A DNA stretch of 64,000 nt from Octopus sinensis (lineage: Eukaryota), in assembly GCF_006345805.1 (NCBI RefSeq), contig NC_043010.1, forward strand, positions 60,450,001 through 60,514,000, read 5' to 3'. Below, one piece after another: positions 13,829 through 27,215 of this stretch. The notes beneath the pieces are model-generated. The model was not told where the DNA came from. It did not search any database and saw only the letters and a program-made list of their open reading frames with translations. A program made the translations under genes and the position numbers. Position 1 is the first letter of the stretch; each line of letters starts with the position of its first letter.

Positions 13829-14493
13829 AACTCAAAGAATTACTAGCACTGATAACATTACCCATCAAGTGCAATAATTTGACTTTGCTAAATTAATTTT
13901 ACTCAGGGTAATTAACTGGATTCATAAATCTCAGATTTGAATTTAGTAAATCTACACAGTTGATACTGAGGCAGAAAAGAGATTCAAGATGTAAATTTAT
14001 GTAGAATATATTATAATTTTTAATTTTTTTATCCATGTATTTCATTGAAAGGCAGTTTAGGAACATATGGTATCTAAAAGATGTTACTATATTTATGACG
14101 CCATAAGATAAAGATAAACGCAAAAAATAAACCTATCCAGTGTATGATTTTATATTAAAATCTATAGGTTAGATTCTATTTCTAATGTTGCTTGAACTCT
14201 TCGATATATTTGTTGATGCTGGTTTAACATAAATTTTTCCATGGGGTGTTGAATTGGCTGAGTTTCTTTTATATAAAATATGCTTTTTACTTTTCAACAT
14301 GTGTTCTAGAATCTAACTTCATTACTTTGAAGTTGCATTATAACAATTCAACAATCTGAAACCAACATCTGATACCTCTCCTTTGAGGCTCCATGCCAAC
14401 ACAAAAATGCTATTTCTGTCAAATTGTGTTAGTTTTTATGCTTTATCCAACGATTTGAGCACAAGTTTTTTTATTTTATTTTATATTTTACAG

Positions 14494-14585
14494 AGTTTGA
14501 TGATTCTAAACCAGAAGTTCCTCCAAAACCAAATCGTCTACAAAACCAAGATACATATTTAGAGCCAACATATCTAACAAAATAA
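14494..14585 (+). CDS. Protocadherin A, terminal coding exon
   Basis: Acceptor TTATATTTTACAG; phase 1 gives (E)FDDSKPEVPPKPNRLQNQDTYLEPTYLTK*. QDTYLEPT matches QDTYLQPT of genes C and D. Predicted spliced protein is 884 aa. Confidence 0.8.
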
Positions 14586-15739
14586 CTTTATTTGAATTCT
14601 TTGATGTCATGAAGATATATCAATAAATTATGAAATTCCATACAGAGGATAGTATAGCTGATATTTTTAAATGATACGACATTTGATACATAGGAATACT
14701 CTATTAGATTTATATATATATTATCAAAATTCTGTTAAAAAAACAATCCTCATCTTAAGATGTAACCAAGCACTACAAAAGTTTTAGTTCTTTATACACT
14801 GTATAATTGAAGCACCAAGGTAAAATTAAAAGAATACAAGTTATCAAATGAGACATTTATAGCATCTTCTGCTCTAAATGTTTTATATTCTATAAATGGG
14901 AAATCCTTAAAGCCTTTCCATTTATATTTTCATATATTACATAATTGAATGCTTTAGAAATTAAGAATATAGCTCCAAAACAAATTCAATTATTTCCTCT
15001 TCTGGGAGATCAAAACGTTGCAATTAACATTCCTATTTTCCTGCCCTAGTCAAAACTTTTCTCTAATCTCAGCTAAGTTTCCAGTGTCCAGTATCACCTT
15101 TCTCTTTTCCATTTGGTTTCTAGTTACAGCAGTGTATAATTCACAAATAAATTTAATTCACTGACTGAAATATACACTCTCTGAATGTCCAAGAATAGGA
15201 TGGAAAATAGAAATTTGAATGTCCAAGTACGATATATCACATTACTTAATGAAATAAGCATTTTGTTTTATCAAAAGTGAAACATCTTCAATATATTCCA
15301 CCCTCTATAGACAAGGTAAAAAGTACATCAAGATAGTTCAAATATTTTCAGAACATTTCTTTCGTTATATGACACCGATTATCATTGCTTTTTAATAAAT
15401 TTAAATATAAATATTCTCGTGATTGACGAATGTATTTTGATATAATAAGAACTAATTTGAGATTTTAGTTTTACATAGAGTTCAAGTTAAAAACTTTCAA
15501 TACATAGTTATAGGAAATTCTATACCACAAATCGAAAAAGCAAGTTATATGGAGTAGAAAAGGCATTATTTACAGTCAGCTTCTTTCTACAATAATTGAG
15601 TAACGATGAGGAGAATTCATATAGGAATAAAAACAATATAGCGTTTTAAATCACATCAGTTCCAAAGGAAATAACCCAGACGACACCCTCATAGTTGGTT
15701 CATGGAATACACAGAAGCTGGAGCAGTCTGTTAGGTAGT

Positions 15740-15835
15740 TACGCCTGCTATTGTGTCAATAGTTACAGTGGACTACCTGTTAAGAGGCTCCTGTTACAAA
15801 GAACATTAGCAACACCCATAAATTAATCAAACAAG
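15740..15835 (+). promoter_or_regulatory. Candidate non-coding first exon following Pcdh-A (probably that of psi-Pcdh-B)
   Basis: CTGTTACAAAGAACA at 15791-15805 and donor ACAAG|GTAAGT at 15835/15836. Same relative position (about 1.2 kb after the previous stop codon) as the first exons at 43.5 kb and 51.5 kb. Confidence 0.45.
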
Positions 15836-16381
15836 GTAAGTTTTTTCAAAAGTACTATTCAGAATTATCTTTCATAACAAACCAGTAAGCCGATGATAAT
15901 GGTTTGGTTTTAGAAATCAATTTGCTTAAACTGGAATACTGAAAGTATTTTTAGAAATATAACATAATACTTAGAAAACTGTTCAGATAAGAAACCCTAG
16001 ATTTGTTACACAACTTTGATGCAAGGAGGTTTGGAAAGAAATACTTTTTTTGAAACTACTCAAAAAATTCATAGAATATATTAAATAACTAGCAAGGTGT
16101 TAGTATAGCATCCTCAAGGCATTAGTATTAGTCATTGTTTTACGATGATAAATAAAACTTCAAAGAAAATTGAAACCTGAAGAGCCAATTGGGTATGTTT
16201 AAATGCGAGTGATGTTTTCGCAATCGAATATTTTAAATTATAAAGAAAATAAAGCAAATTTTATTAAATATAAACACGATTCTTTTGAAAATGCTCACAA
16301 TTTACTTTCACTTTCCATCGCTTTCTATTCATAAGTTTTTTTGTTTTTTTTTGTTTTAAGTCACAAACTTTCTAAATGTAA

Positions 16382-17278
16382 TCTATATATATAAAACTGT
16401 AGTTGTGTGAGTGTCTGTCTCCTACGATTTAGATTCCTAACTACTCCCACATTTTGCGGTGCAGTTTAACCAAATTCGGGTATCTTATAGTCGTGATTCA
16501 TATCGAGCCCGTCTGGGTATTAGCGCGCATCTACGATGAGTCTACGATTTAAAAAATAATTTACCATAATTTTTTTCCGTTTTAACGCATATTTTTTCGT
16601 GTGTCGATGGCGGCGGAGTTGGCGTCCATGCTCACAGCTGCACCTGTGTTGTTTCTCCCCCTTCTTCCCTCCCTTGTGAAGCTGTGGGGAAGGGAGTGTA
16701 AGGAAATCAACGTCGTAAAGCGTTGTCAAGGAGACCAGTGTTCTTTTAGAACAACGACTTCATGGCTTGAAGTCGCCAAAACAGAAATCGCTAAAAAAGC
16801 TGAAACAGATCCACAACCGCCACACAGGGCAGGTTTCCTCTGCAAACAATTTGCCCAACCGAATGTTTTAGTTGTTGCACAAATCTTTATATATAAAAGT
16901 GAAGTTGTGTGTCTGTCTCCTACGATTTAGATTCCTAACTACTCCCACATTTTGCGGTGCAGTTTAACCAAAACCGGGTATCTTATAGTCGTGATTCATA
17001 TCGAGCCCTTCTGGGTATTAGCGCGCGTCTACGATGAGTCTACGATTTTAAAAATAATTTACCATAATTTTTTTCCATTTTAATGCATTTTTTTTGCTAT
17101 TATATAAGGGAAGTACCTCTCTAAAAATGTCTACGATGAGTCAATGATTTAAAAAAATTTACTATAATTTTTTTTCCATTTTTAATGCATTTTTTGCTAT
17201 TTTTGGGCTATAACTCTCTAAAAATGCTTTATAGTTATTTCCCTTATAAACCCGAGCAACGCCGGGCGATACTGCTAG
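16382..17278 (+). mobile_element. Non-autonomous Helitron with duplicated 5' segment
   Basis: A|TCTATATATATAAAA 5' end, a second A|TCTTTATATATAAAAG start at 16884 repeating about 190 nt, and a 3' GC-rich segment followed by CTAG|T at 17275-17279. Confidence 0.8.
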
Positions 17279-19450
17279 TTACAAATAAAAAATGAAAATT
17301 CAGGTAAATAAATTTCTGTACAATATTACCCAAATCCAGAGAGGGAGCTTTTGAATCATCTTCGGGTTGCGTCAAAGTTACACGATATATCTGACGTGGT
17401 GGGACAATGGACAGTGGAGTGTCTCGCTCGTCTAGCCCGCGTATCACAAAATTTTCGGCGATTAGAAAACTTTATCTCATAATTTTACAATAGTTCTATT
17501 TAACGGCTATACGATCTTTATTTGTTTAGTTCTTATGTATTTTGCTTTCTCATTTTTCAGAGACATACAAGTTAAAAAGCACTAGTGTGTTCATTCTCAA
17601 ACTTTTTGAAGGATTGAGTACTCTGGCGTGAGTCTGTGAAATTGTCCAGTATAATTAAAGAACCAGACTTATCCACACTCAATATTTTTGTAAATATATG
17701 CTGTCGACTTTTTTGAGAAACAGACAGTCAATCGGCTGCTTTGACTCTTAATTGGAAAACTGTTGTCATTGAAGTGCCACAAATAGTATGACAAGTTTAT
17801 TTACCATGCTCACGATGTAATGATCTCTATGTGGCATCACTCATCAAATATAGGAACTTGATTATTAGTCAAATCGAATTCCAGAAGAGAGAGACAAGTG
17901 ATGACATTCCTATTCGATGTGTGTTTGGTGTGCGCGTGCTTGTTTCGATATCGATCAGTTTATGTCATTTTCCCCGAATCTTTATATATACTAAATAATT
18001 CGCTATTTTTCCGTTATTAGGAGCAAACTTATTTCTCCTAATTATGTCTGAGGCATAAACAAAATTGGTAAACGAATATTAGAAAACAGAAACAAATTGA
18101 ATTTCAAGTGATTAGCGTTTCTCATTAAAACATGTTGGCTATATTTTGTTTTGACTTAAAAGCTGTCATCTGGGTTCGTTAATTTCGGTAAAAATTTTAT
18201 TTATTTATTTACTTCTGTTTTAAAGTGAAAGAGAGGAGAAAGTGAAAGATGTATGTACGCGGATATGAAATGGATGTGTGTGTGAGGGAGAGACAGAGAG
18301 GGAAAAGAGAAAGAAAGAAAAGAGGTGTGTCGTCATGTATATGTACATACATCAATACATATGCACACATCTTTTTTGTATGTATATATGCGTGTGTGTG
18401 TGTGTGAAAGAGAGAGAGAGTAAGTGAACGTGTATGTTCTCATGTATGTGTAAGTGGCTCACTCTCTCTCTTACTCACACATTCATTTCATATACACGTT
18501 CATCTTTCACTTTAAAACAAAAGTAAATAAATAAATAAAAATTACGGAAACTAACGAACAAAACAACAGATCCGGATGACAGTTCGTTGACAACTTGGCG
18601 AGTGATATCGAAAGATAGCCAACATGTTTTCGGTTAGTATGCAAAATACGAGTCATGAAAATTTGTAAGTTCCTGAACATATTTAATTTATATTCCAAAA
18701 GACCAGATGCTCCAAGGTATATTCAGGCGAGTGAAGTAAAGAAATATATATTCAGGCGAGTGAGGAGTGCATATTTTTTTACATTTCAACGTTTCTTCAT
18801 TATTAGGAGTCGATAATTTTAAATTGGGGGGGGGGGGTGAATTAAAAAAAATTTGCATATTCGTAATCTCTGACGTATAAAACGTAGGAATCCGAAAATT
18901 TACCATTTTTTTAAATGCATTTTTCTTGGAGAGGTGCGATTCTGCATTAGCCCAGATGAAAGAACAGGTATGATTATTGTAAGCAATTCACTCGAATATA
19001 CTCCCTATTCATTTGAGACCTCGTGCCATGCATTTAAAGAAAAAAATAATAAATCAATGACTATTGTAGAACAACGCTAGTTTCATAATGTTCTGTTGTT
19101 ACCAAAAATTAAAAAAAGATCGATGGCGTTCATTAACTCCCAGAAGCTTTGGTGCCCAACCCAATTTTAACTCTCAAATGAAGCATTTTAACTCATTGCT
19201 ACCTTTTTAATTTTCATAGAGAAACTAGATTTACAATAATCCTTCAAAATCGACCGCAACTTTTTCTGCAGGATTTGTAACACCAGCTGCTACGATATTT
19301 CCTTTCTCTTGTTTCTTCGTTCTCCCTCGCTTTCTACGATTCCTCCTTGTGCCTTTCTTCTCCACATCAAATCTACAAAGTGGAGCGTCCTCGTAAAAGT
19401 CCTTTAAATGCGCTTAAATTGAACCCACGACTTATATCAAATTTGAATTA

Positions 19451-20591
19451 GGATCTTTTCGGTTTGAACGGCAGTTTTTAAAAATAATTTCCACGTAACT
19501 AAACACTTTTAAACTTCGTATACTGGTAGAATGTGTTTATAAAACATCTTTTTCTCTTAGATTTATTGAGAAAATTCAATAGTTTGTAAGATTTTTTTTC
19601 TTCAATTTCTGCAATTTCAACCAATCAATGACGTCTATTGTGGTAAAAAACATTCTGTGCCGTATGAATATGTCCCACGTTTAAGAAACAGATTGGGTTT
19701 ATTTACATTTGTGAAGAAAAAAAAGATACCCTTCCGCCACCCCTAACCCTAACCAACCCTAAATCTAAAATAGATTGAAATGCAATAGATCGATACTAGG
19801 ATCATAATTATGGGTGACAATTTCATATGACACCGCTAGAAAAAAATGCCATTTTCTCTAGCGGTGTCATGAAATTGTCACCCTTAATTATGACCCTAGA
19901 ATCGATCTATTGCATTTCAATCTATTTTAGATTTAGGGTTGGTTAGGGGTGGGGGAAGGGTATTTTTTTTTCTTCACAAATGTAAATAAACCCAATCTGT
20001 TTCTTAAACGAGGGACATATTCATACGGCACAGAATGCCTTCGCCTCAATAGACGGTCATTGATTGGTTGAAATTGCTGAAACGCAAGAAATTAAAGACG
20101 AAATATGTTACAAACTACAGAATTTTCTCAGGAAAGCCAAGAGAAAAAGATGTTTTATAAACACATTCTACCAGTATACGAAGTTTAAAATTTTTTAGTT
20201 ACCTAGAAATTATGTCTAAAACTGCCGTTCAAACCGAAAAGATACCCTTCCCCCACCCCTAACCCTAAAACAGATTGAAATGTATTTCTTTACTGCCCAC
20301 AAGGGGCTAAACATAGAGGGGACAAACAAGGACAGACAAAGGGATTTAAGTCGATTACATCGACCCCAGTTGGAAACTGGTACTTTATTTATCGACCCCG
20401 AAAGGATGAAAGGCAAAGTCGACTCGGCGGAATTTGAACTCAGAACGTAACGACAGACGAAATACGGCTACGCATTTCGCCCGGCGTGCTAACGGTACTG
20501 CCAGCACGCCATCGATACTAGGGTCATAATTATGGGTGACAATTTCATATGACACCGCTAGAAAAAACTGCCCTCCAAACCGAAAAGATCC
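19451..20591. mobile_element. Rearranged MITE-like element (forward / inverted / forward)
   Basis: TIR-like ends GGATCTTTTCGGTTTG and CAAACCGAAAAGATCC, flanking direct repeat GAATTA (19445-19450 and 20592-20597), internal CCCTAA motifs, ~390-bp inverted arms centred on 19849. Confidence 0.75.
20283..20510 (-). mobile_element. tRNA-derived SINE (family B) inserted in the MITE
   Basis: Minus strand GGCG.GCTGGCAG...TTAGCACGCCGGGCG...GAGTTCAAATTCC. Decayed relatives near 53780, 56750 and 57000. Confidence 0.75.
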
Positions 20592-20822
20592 GAATTATCG
20601 AAAGATAGCCATGTAACATGTTTTCGGTTAGTATGCAAAATATTGTATACGAGTCAAGTTGTCAACGAACTGTAAACGATATATAAAAAAAAACCGCAAA
20701 GTCTTGTTTCTGTTAATAATTCTACCAATGACATTAATTGATAAATTCAGGTGAGCTGTTAGACCGAAGTTCCAACTAGTATTTACAATACTATACTTTT
20801 ATTGGTATGCTATTTTATTTTC

Positions 20823-21138
20823 GGCATACAGGCGTGACTGTGTGGTAAGAGGCTTGCTTCGAACCTCGGGTCGACTAAATAAATAGATTTGGTAGACGGA
20901 AACTGAAAGAAGTCCGTCGTGTATGTATAAATATGTGTGTCTTTGTAGCAGTCACCCAGCACCGCTTGACAACCGGTGTTGTATTTAAATCCCCGTATCT
21001 TAGCGCTTTGGCAAAAGTGCCGATAGAATAAGTACCAGCCTTAAAAAAAAAAGTACTGGGGTCGATTCATTCAACTAAAAATTCTTCAAAGGCGGTGCCC
21101 CAGCATGGCCGAAGTCTAATCACTGAAACAAAAAGAAA
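20823..21138 (+). mobile_element. SINE family A, internally deleted
   Basis: Matches the 7005-7406 head and body with part of the 5' half missing. Confidence 0.7.
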
Positions 21139-23085
21139 CCTACACATGTGTGTCCCTCACCTCCACTTTGTTTCCCCGTGACTTCCAGGAAAATGGATAT
21201 TTTTAATGAAATTTTCTACAAATACGCTTCAGAGTAGATTCCAATATGATTGTAACTTACTGAAAGATATTGGTAGGAAATTTGGTTAATGTTTACATCT
21301 TGACCCGGAAATGAAAATTAAAAAAAATACTTGAATGGGTGTAAAACAATGTGTAGGAAACGAATATGAAAAAGAAATGCTCGCAAAGCAATGGGTGGAG
21401 AGAGGACTTCGGAAAATTTACAAGATCCGAGTTTTTTCCTCATAACTTTTAGGAAAATGAGATTTTTTCAATGAAATTTTATAGAAATACTTTTCAAACG
21501 GCATACATTACGATTATAAAGAAATTTGTGGGGAAAATCTTTTCCAAAGGGTGGGGAAAGGACTTCGGAAAATTAATTTTTACATATCACTGGAAACATA
21601 GACCTTTTCTGGACTAAGGAGCACTATGAAACAATATTTTAAAATCAATGTTCACTTCCGAAAGTTTGTAATTAGAGGTTTGGATGGTAGAGTAACTTAT
21701 ACAGAAAAAAGGGAAAAATTTTTCATTTACAGCATAATGAAAAATAAGGTTTGAATCAAATTATAAAAATTGTATTTAAAATATGTTCTTCAATTAAAGT
21801 TCTTGTGTCACACTTGCTGTGACAATTTGGTGTTTTATTCAACCATAACAATGTTTGGTTTGAGACTGTTGTAGCTAAATTACATGGAAAAAGAAAGCAG
21901 GAACAGCTTGCTCCAGCTGTATTTATCAAGACTTCTGCTTATATAACCAGTGCCTTGTTAAAGGATACTAATTTTTGATGACTGGTCTGGATGACCACAA
22001 TTTAGCTTGGTTGTATGAGAGTTGTTACAAAGCTTCCTTGTTAACTCAACTTGGTTTTTAATTTTTACTGCTGCCTAGAGCTTCAGTTGATCATATTGTT
22101 CTCCTCTACTTATTTCAATCGGGTATTTATTTAGTCAGTATCTTTTTATTGAGTTAGCAAGTTATGTTTTGATGTAAAGGAACGCAACTTGGCTACACAC
22201 ACACACATATACAGTAGGCTTTAGCACAGTTTTTATCAACCAAACTTCACACAATGTATGATTACAGAAGATATTTCTCCATGGTGCTATGCAGTGGGAT
22301 TAAACTCAAAACCACATGATTGTGAAATAAATCCTTACCACACAACTATGTCTACATAATAGAGAAAGAAATAACCAATACAGAATTGGGAGATAAAACA
22401 AAAATTGAAAGCTCTTCAGATATTTGGAAATATTAAAGAGTATTTTATTACCAAAAATGTGTACCTTTCTAATTTATTTATTTTTATTTTTTTCAGAACT
22501 CAGAAACTATGAACTAAGTTGAAAAGTTATGCAAACTTTTGCTTACAAATCAACTGATTTACCAAACAGAGGAATAAAATCTGAGATATCATCTTAACCC
22601 TAGCAATATTTAGAAATAAATTCTCATACATTATTTCAGAATAACTTGCTCAGTCTTATAAACTAGACATATAAGAATGTTATTGTCAACAGTTTCCTTT
22701 TTTATTAAACTCCTCTCATTTTCTTGATTCTATTTTTTAAATTGTGTAGTTTCATTTCAATATCACATTGTAGCATTTGCTAAATATAAGTAAATTATAA
22801 TTATAATGTTGAAGCTAGGGATTTAATCATTATTTTCTGAAACAAGTGGAGGTGAATAACAAAGTTAATTATGTACTAAAACAAGTTCAATATTTTATTT
22901 CTACCGATGCTACATTCATAGCAAAAGACCTGTGAGAATTTATAAGCTTCAGTACATACTACACGTAGAGAAGTATTTTTTTAAAAAATTTGATTAGAAT
23001 ACATTATTTCATAAAATGCAACCTAAAATTTTACCTACAAATTATTCTCACTCTGCTGGCATTTGTGCTAAGAAATATTTAATAT

Positions 23086-23350
23086 CATCATCATCATCGT
23101 TTAACGTCCATTTTCCATGCTCTGATGTTTAATGAAGTTTAACATTCAACAATAAAATCGTTATCATTTAACATCCATCTTCTATGCTGGCATGTGTTGG
23201 ATGGTTTGACAGGAGCTGGCAAGGTGGAGGGCTGTACCAGGCTCCATTGTCTTCTTTGGATTGTTTCCATAGCTGGATGACCTTCCTAATGCCAACCACT
23301 TCACAGTGTAGTGACTGCTTTTTATGTGGTACCAGTACTGGTGTTTTCTA
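23086..23350 (-). mobile_element. RTE-type 3' tail fragment
   Basis: CATCATCATCGTTTAACGTCC...CCATGCT is the reverse complement of the LINE end at 11300-11359. Similar fragments near 12030, 26076, 40969 and 54112. Confidence 0.7.
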
Positions 23351-24636
23351 TATGGCACTGGCACCAGCAGGGTTGCCAAGTAACTTGCAAGATGAAGACT
23401 TCTCTGCTGGGAGAGGGAGTAGACCATAGGAAGTGGCTTTGTACCAGGTAAGAGTGTTAGAAATAGGTGTCTTACTGCAAGATTCTTGGCTACACCAGTA
23501 GGAAAGGAGAGGAAGAAGAGATAGAAAGATAGTCAATCAGACAAAAAAGAGTATGTTAGGTATGTGAAGGCATGGAGAGTGTGGATATGCTTGTGAGGGA
23601 GAGAGAAGAGGGCCTGTAATGAGTAGTGATCGTAGATGGTGGGATTGGGAGATGTTAGAAAGATTGGTTGTTGGGGAGTTTTAACTGAGGACAGATTGTG
23701 TGTGTGTAAGAGAGGAGTATGGCCTGCCATCTTCTCAAACACAGCAAATCATCAGAAGGTTCAATCCCTTGTCATCTCTCTGTGAGGCTCATCATCTGAA
23801 GGTCATTTCTCACCACTTCATCGCACGTCTTCTTAACTATAGCTTTTCATCATTAAGAGAGACATGCTTCATTTCTAAGCTACAAATCTCAAATATCAAT
23901 TAAGTGGTCAACAAGTTCATTTCACAACTATGTGGTTTAGGATTTGATTCTACTGCACTGCACATTGGGCAAGTGCTTTTTACCATGACCTCTGGTCTAC
24001 GAAAACCAGTGAATGAAATTTAGAAAACAGAAACACTTAGTCTCTCAAAGACACTGTTCATATTTCCAAATGGTGGACTTCATCCATATTCCAGTTTAAC
24101 ACCACCACCGCTTGGATTTTGAGTGTTTTTAGCAGATTCCACTCAGTTGCAAGCATTCAGGCCAACTCTTTGGTTGGATAAGTTTTTCCTATCACATGGA
24201 AGTGATGGAAGCCTTATAACAGTTATAGGTGATGCTCATTTTTCTCTAATAAAAAAGCAACAAAATGTAAATTTTCATTTTTGCATCCCATAAAATTCTA
24301 TAAGATTAAAGAAACTAAGATGAAAAGTACAGTTGATGTTCCAAATATTAAAAAAACAACTTAGAATTAAAATGTATGAAAAAGGGTGCAGTAGTTCAAG
24401 CTTTTGGTATAAGGGTGAGCAGTTAGCAGGATTTATTAGATCAGGTTGGATAGTGCTGAAATAAATATATTTTAGAATTAATGAATAAAAATTTTTCAAA
24501 ACATGTATTACATACAATTTAAACAGTAACTATATTTGTTTAGGAAAAGTGCAACTACAATCTATACTGATGAAAAAACTGTACCTCAAAGTATACACCA
24601 CAGTAAAAAGTAATTTCTTTAGGTTGCCACCATATA

Positions 24637-25202
24637 TTGGGTTGTCCGGAGAGTTTGTGACTATTTTTAAAGGAAAGAAAAAGGTCAATAAATACTTGCC
24701 ATTACATTTTTAATCAACCAAATATGAACCATTTTGTTGCAGAATGCGTCTCCATCTTTCCTTTAACTTGAAAGTACCCTCTTCCCAGAATTGAGGTGGT
24801 TTCATGCCAAAGAATTCATCAAGGTATCTTTTTACATCATCCAAGGAATTGAAATTTTTACCATTAAGACTATTCTGCAGAGACCTGAATATGTGGAAAT
24901 CTGAGGGAGCAATATCTGGTAAATATGGAGGGTGGGGTAACACATCCCAGCCGAGCTGCAGCAATTTTTATCTAGTTCCCAAAGCATCAAGTGCCAAAAA
25001 TGAACTTTCTTATCTTCCATTTTAAAGGGTTACTGAATTAACACAGGTTATAGGAACATAAATCTTCTTCCATGAGAAGATAGCTTATACTGTGCTCTAA
25101 ATGGAAGGGTAGTCAAATCCTATTTTATGGACTCAACCATGTTCTAAAATAAGTCGAAAGGTAAGGTACTATAAATCGGCACAAACTTTCCGGACAACCC
25201 AA
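24637..25202 (-). mobile_element. Internally deleted mariner element
   Basis: TIRs TTGGGTTGTCCGGA(G/A)AGTTTGTG at both ends, TA flanks at 24635-24636 and 25203-25204, and minus-strand ORF 24710-24964 with HPPYLPDIAPSDFHIFRSLQN (mariner YSPDLAPSD motif) running to the C-terminus. Confidence 0.92.
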
Positions 25203-26075
25203 TAAAATAAAGGTGAGTAATAATATCCATATGTGTGTATGTTTTTATAAATTTGAGTGTGTATGTAGATATTTATGTATATATACATGCACACATACAC
25301 ATATAAACATACATATATACAAACACAAAATGCTGCATTGCAGGGCTATCTCTGTGTGGGTAACAAGCAGTATTATCTGCAAAAAGTAACTCATGAACAG
25401 GTTGTTTCAGTGTTTTGGTGTGAGCTTACATGTGCCTCCGGTTGAAGAGATATTGGGTGTAGATGCCATCTACATCATTATGGTCTTCTGAAGCATCTTG
25501 CTGAAGATGGGGAAAAAGGTTGGCATGAGAACACAGTCTTCCTTCATACTGTTGCCACAAGGGAAGGGCTAGGAGAGGTTTTTGCTACACCTGACCTGAT
25601 GGGGAATACCATAGAAGTGGTACAAGAACGCTAAAGAAATCCCTCAATACCATGTGTCTGTTCTTGATGAAGACTATGGAGCATGGCATCTAACTGACCT
25701 CCTTTGAAAACGTATGCAGGACCATCCTTGCAAACAAAAGAAAAAGGAATGAAAAGACAAGGATACGACAACCAACTCTGATCAGCCTACCTTCCTATAC
25801 AACCATTTCCATTCGTCTTGTGCATCAGCAAGCCTGCAGTAGACATGAACATCACTGTAAACCTTTGCTAGCTAAGACAAACATATATGCATAAATACAT
25901 GTACACTCACAATATATATATATATGTATATATATAAGCAATTAAGTGGATAAATTAATTGCTTCTATACCTGTTCAACCTGTGTAACAATCTCCTGTAA
26001 AGACATTGGAGTCTAAGTTTGAATATTACTGTCTTCTATGCAGAGAATATCTGGATCTCATCTGTGAACTCACAA

Positions 26076-26687
26076 TCATCATTTAACGTCTGCTTTCCAT
26101 GCTAGCATGGGTTGGACGATTTTGATTGAGGATTGACGAACCAGATGGCTGCACCAGGCTCCAGTCTTGATCTGGCAGAGTTTCTACAGCTGGATGCCCT
26201 TCCTAACGCCAACCACTCCGAGAGTATAGTGAGTGCTTTTACATGCCACCAGCACAAGGGCCAGTCAGCGGTACTGGCAATGGCTATGCTCAAGTGGTGT
26301 TTTTTACATGCCACCTTGCACAGGAGTCAGTCCAGTGGCACTGGCAACGACCTCGCTCTAATGTTTTGTTCACATGCCACCGGCACAAGTGCCAGTAGGG
26401 CGATGCAGATAACGGTCATGCTCTAATTGCTGAGTCACTATCAGAATTAGAGGAGAATTTTCAGGTGTGGAAACAAGGATTAGAATCAAAGGGCTTTAGA
26501 GTCAACCTAGCTAAAACCAAAGTCTTAATAAGTAGGAAGGCAGTCAAACCATAAATCCCTTCAGGTAGATGGCCCTGCTCAATCTGTAGAAAAGGCGTAG
26601 GTAGAAACTCTATAAGATGTACCCAGCGTAAGCTATGGACACATAAGAGGTGCAGCAATATCAAAAGGAATAACAAGAAAGATGAAC
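26076..26687. mobile_element. RTE-like LINE fragment: 3' tail on minus strand joined to an ORF piece on plus strand
   Basis: 26076-26405 matches the reverse complement of the LINE 3' end; 26411-26687 matches roughly 9870-10100 in forward orientation. Confidence 0.75.
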
Positions 26688-26930
26688 TGAAGGCTAGGAT
26701 TATGGCAGCATTCACCAACTTAAACATGGAGACTGTCCAGAAGAGTTGCAGGAGATTCCGAAGTCATCTTGAGGCCATGGTTGAAGCTAATGGCGATTTT
26801 ATTGAATAAATTTATTCTTTAGTATTTCAAGATATCTTAATGTAATTTTGGTAAATATATCTGTTAAAATGAGATGTCAGTGTTATTTTCATTTTTGTGT
26901 AGTTTAGATGAGTTTATTCACTGGGCCCTG
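26688..26930 (+). mobile_element. 3' end of a maT/Tc1-mariner element
   Basis: KDELKARIMAAFTNLNMETVQKSCRRFRSHLEAMVEANGDFIE* followed by TIR-like TTATTCACTGGGCCCTG|TA. Confidence 0.7.
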
Positions 26931-27141
26931 TACATACCTACATAAGTGTGTACACACACACATATATACATATGCACACATATATATATATGAACACATG
27001 CATATATATATATATATGCACACATGCATATATATATATGCACATATGCACATATATATATATACATGTACACATACATACATACACAGCCACAATATGC
27101 ATACACGTACACACATTCATATGCACGTACATGTACAAGCA

Positions 27142-27180
<39 letters not shown>

Positions 27181-27215
27181 ACATACATACATAATATTCA
27201 TACACATATATATAA
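26931..27215. repeat. Compound (CA)/(TA)/(CATA) microsatellite
   Basis: Low-complexity array; it explains the HIYIY/YVCV ORFs in the track. Confidence 0.95.

Noticed and set aside
17561-17627. Possible extra UTR exons (AG...GTGAGT here; also 55548-55742)
   Set aside because: Splice-like signals alone are common in AT-rich introns; no paralogous support.
19735-19770. CCCTAA telomere-like motifs
   Set aside because: Only 2-3 units, internal to the MITE family; not an interstitial telomere.
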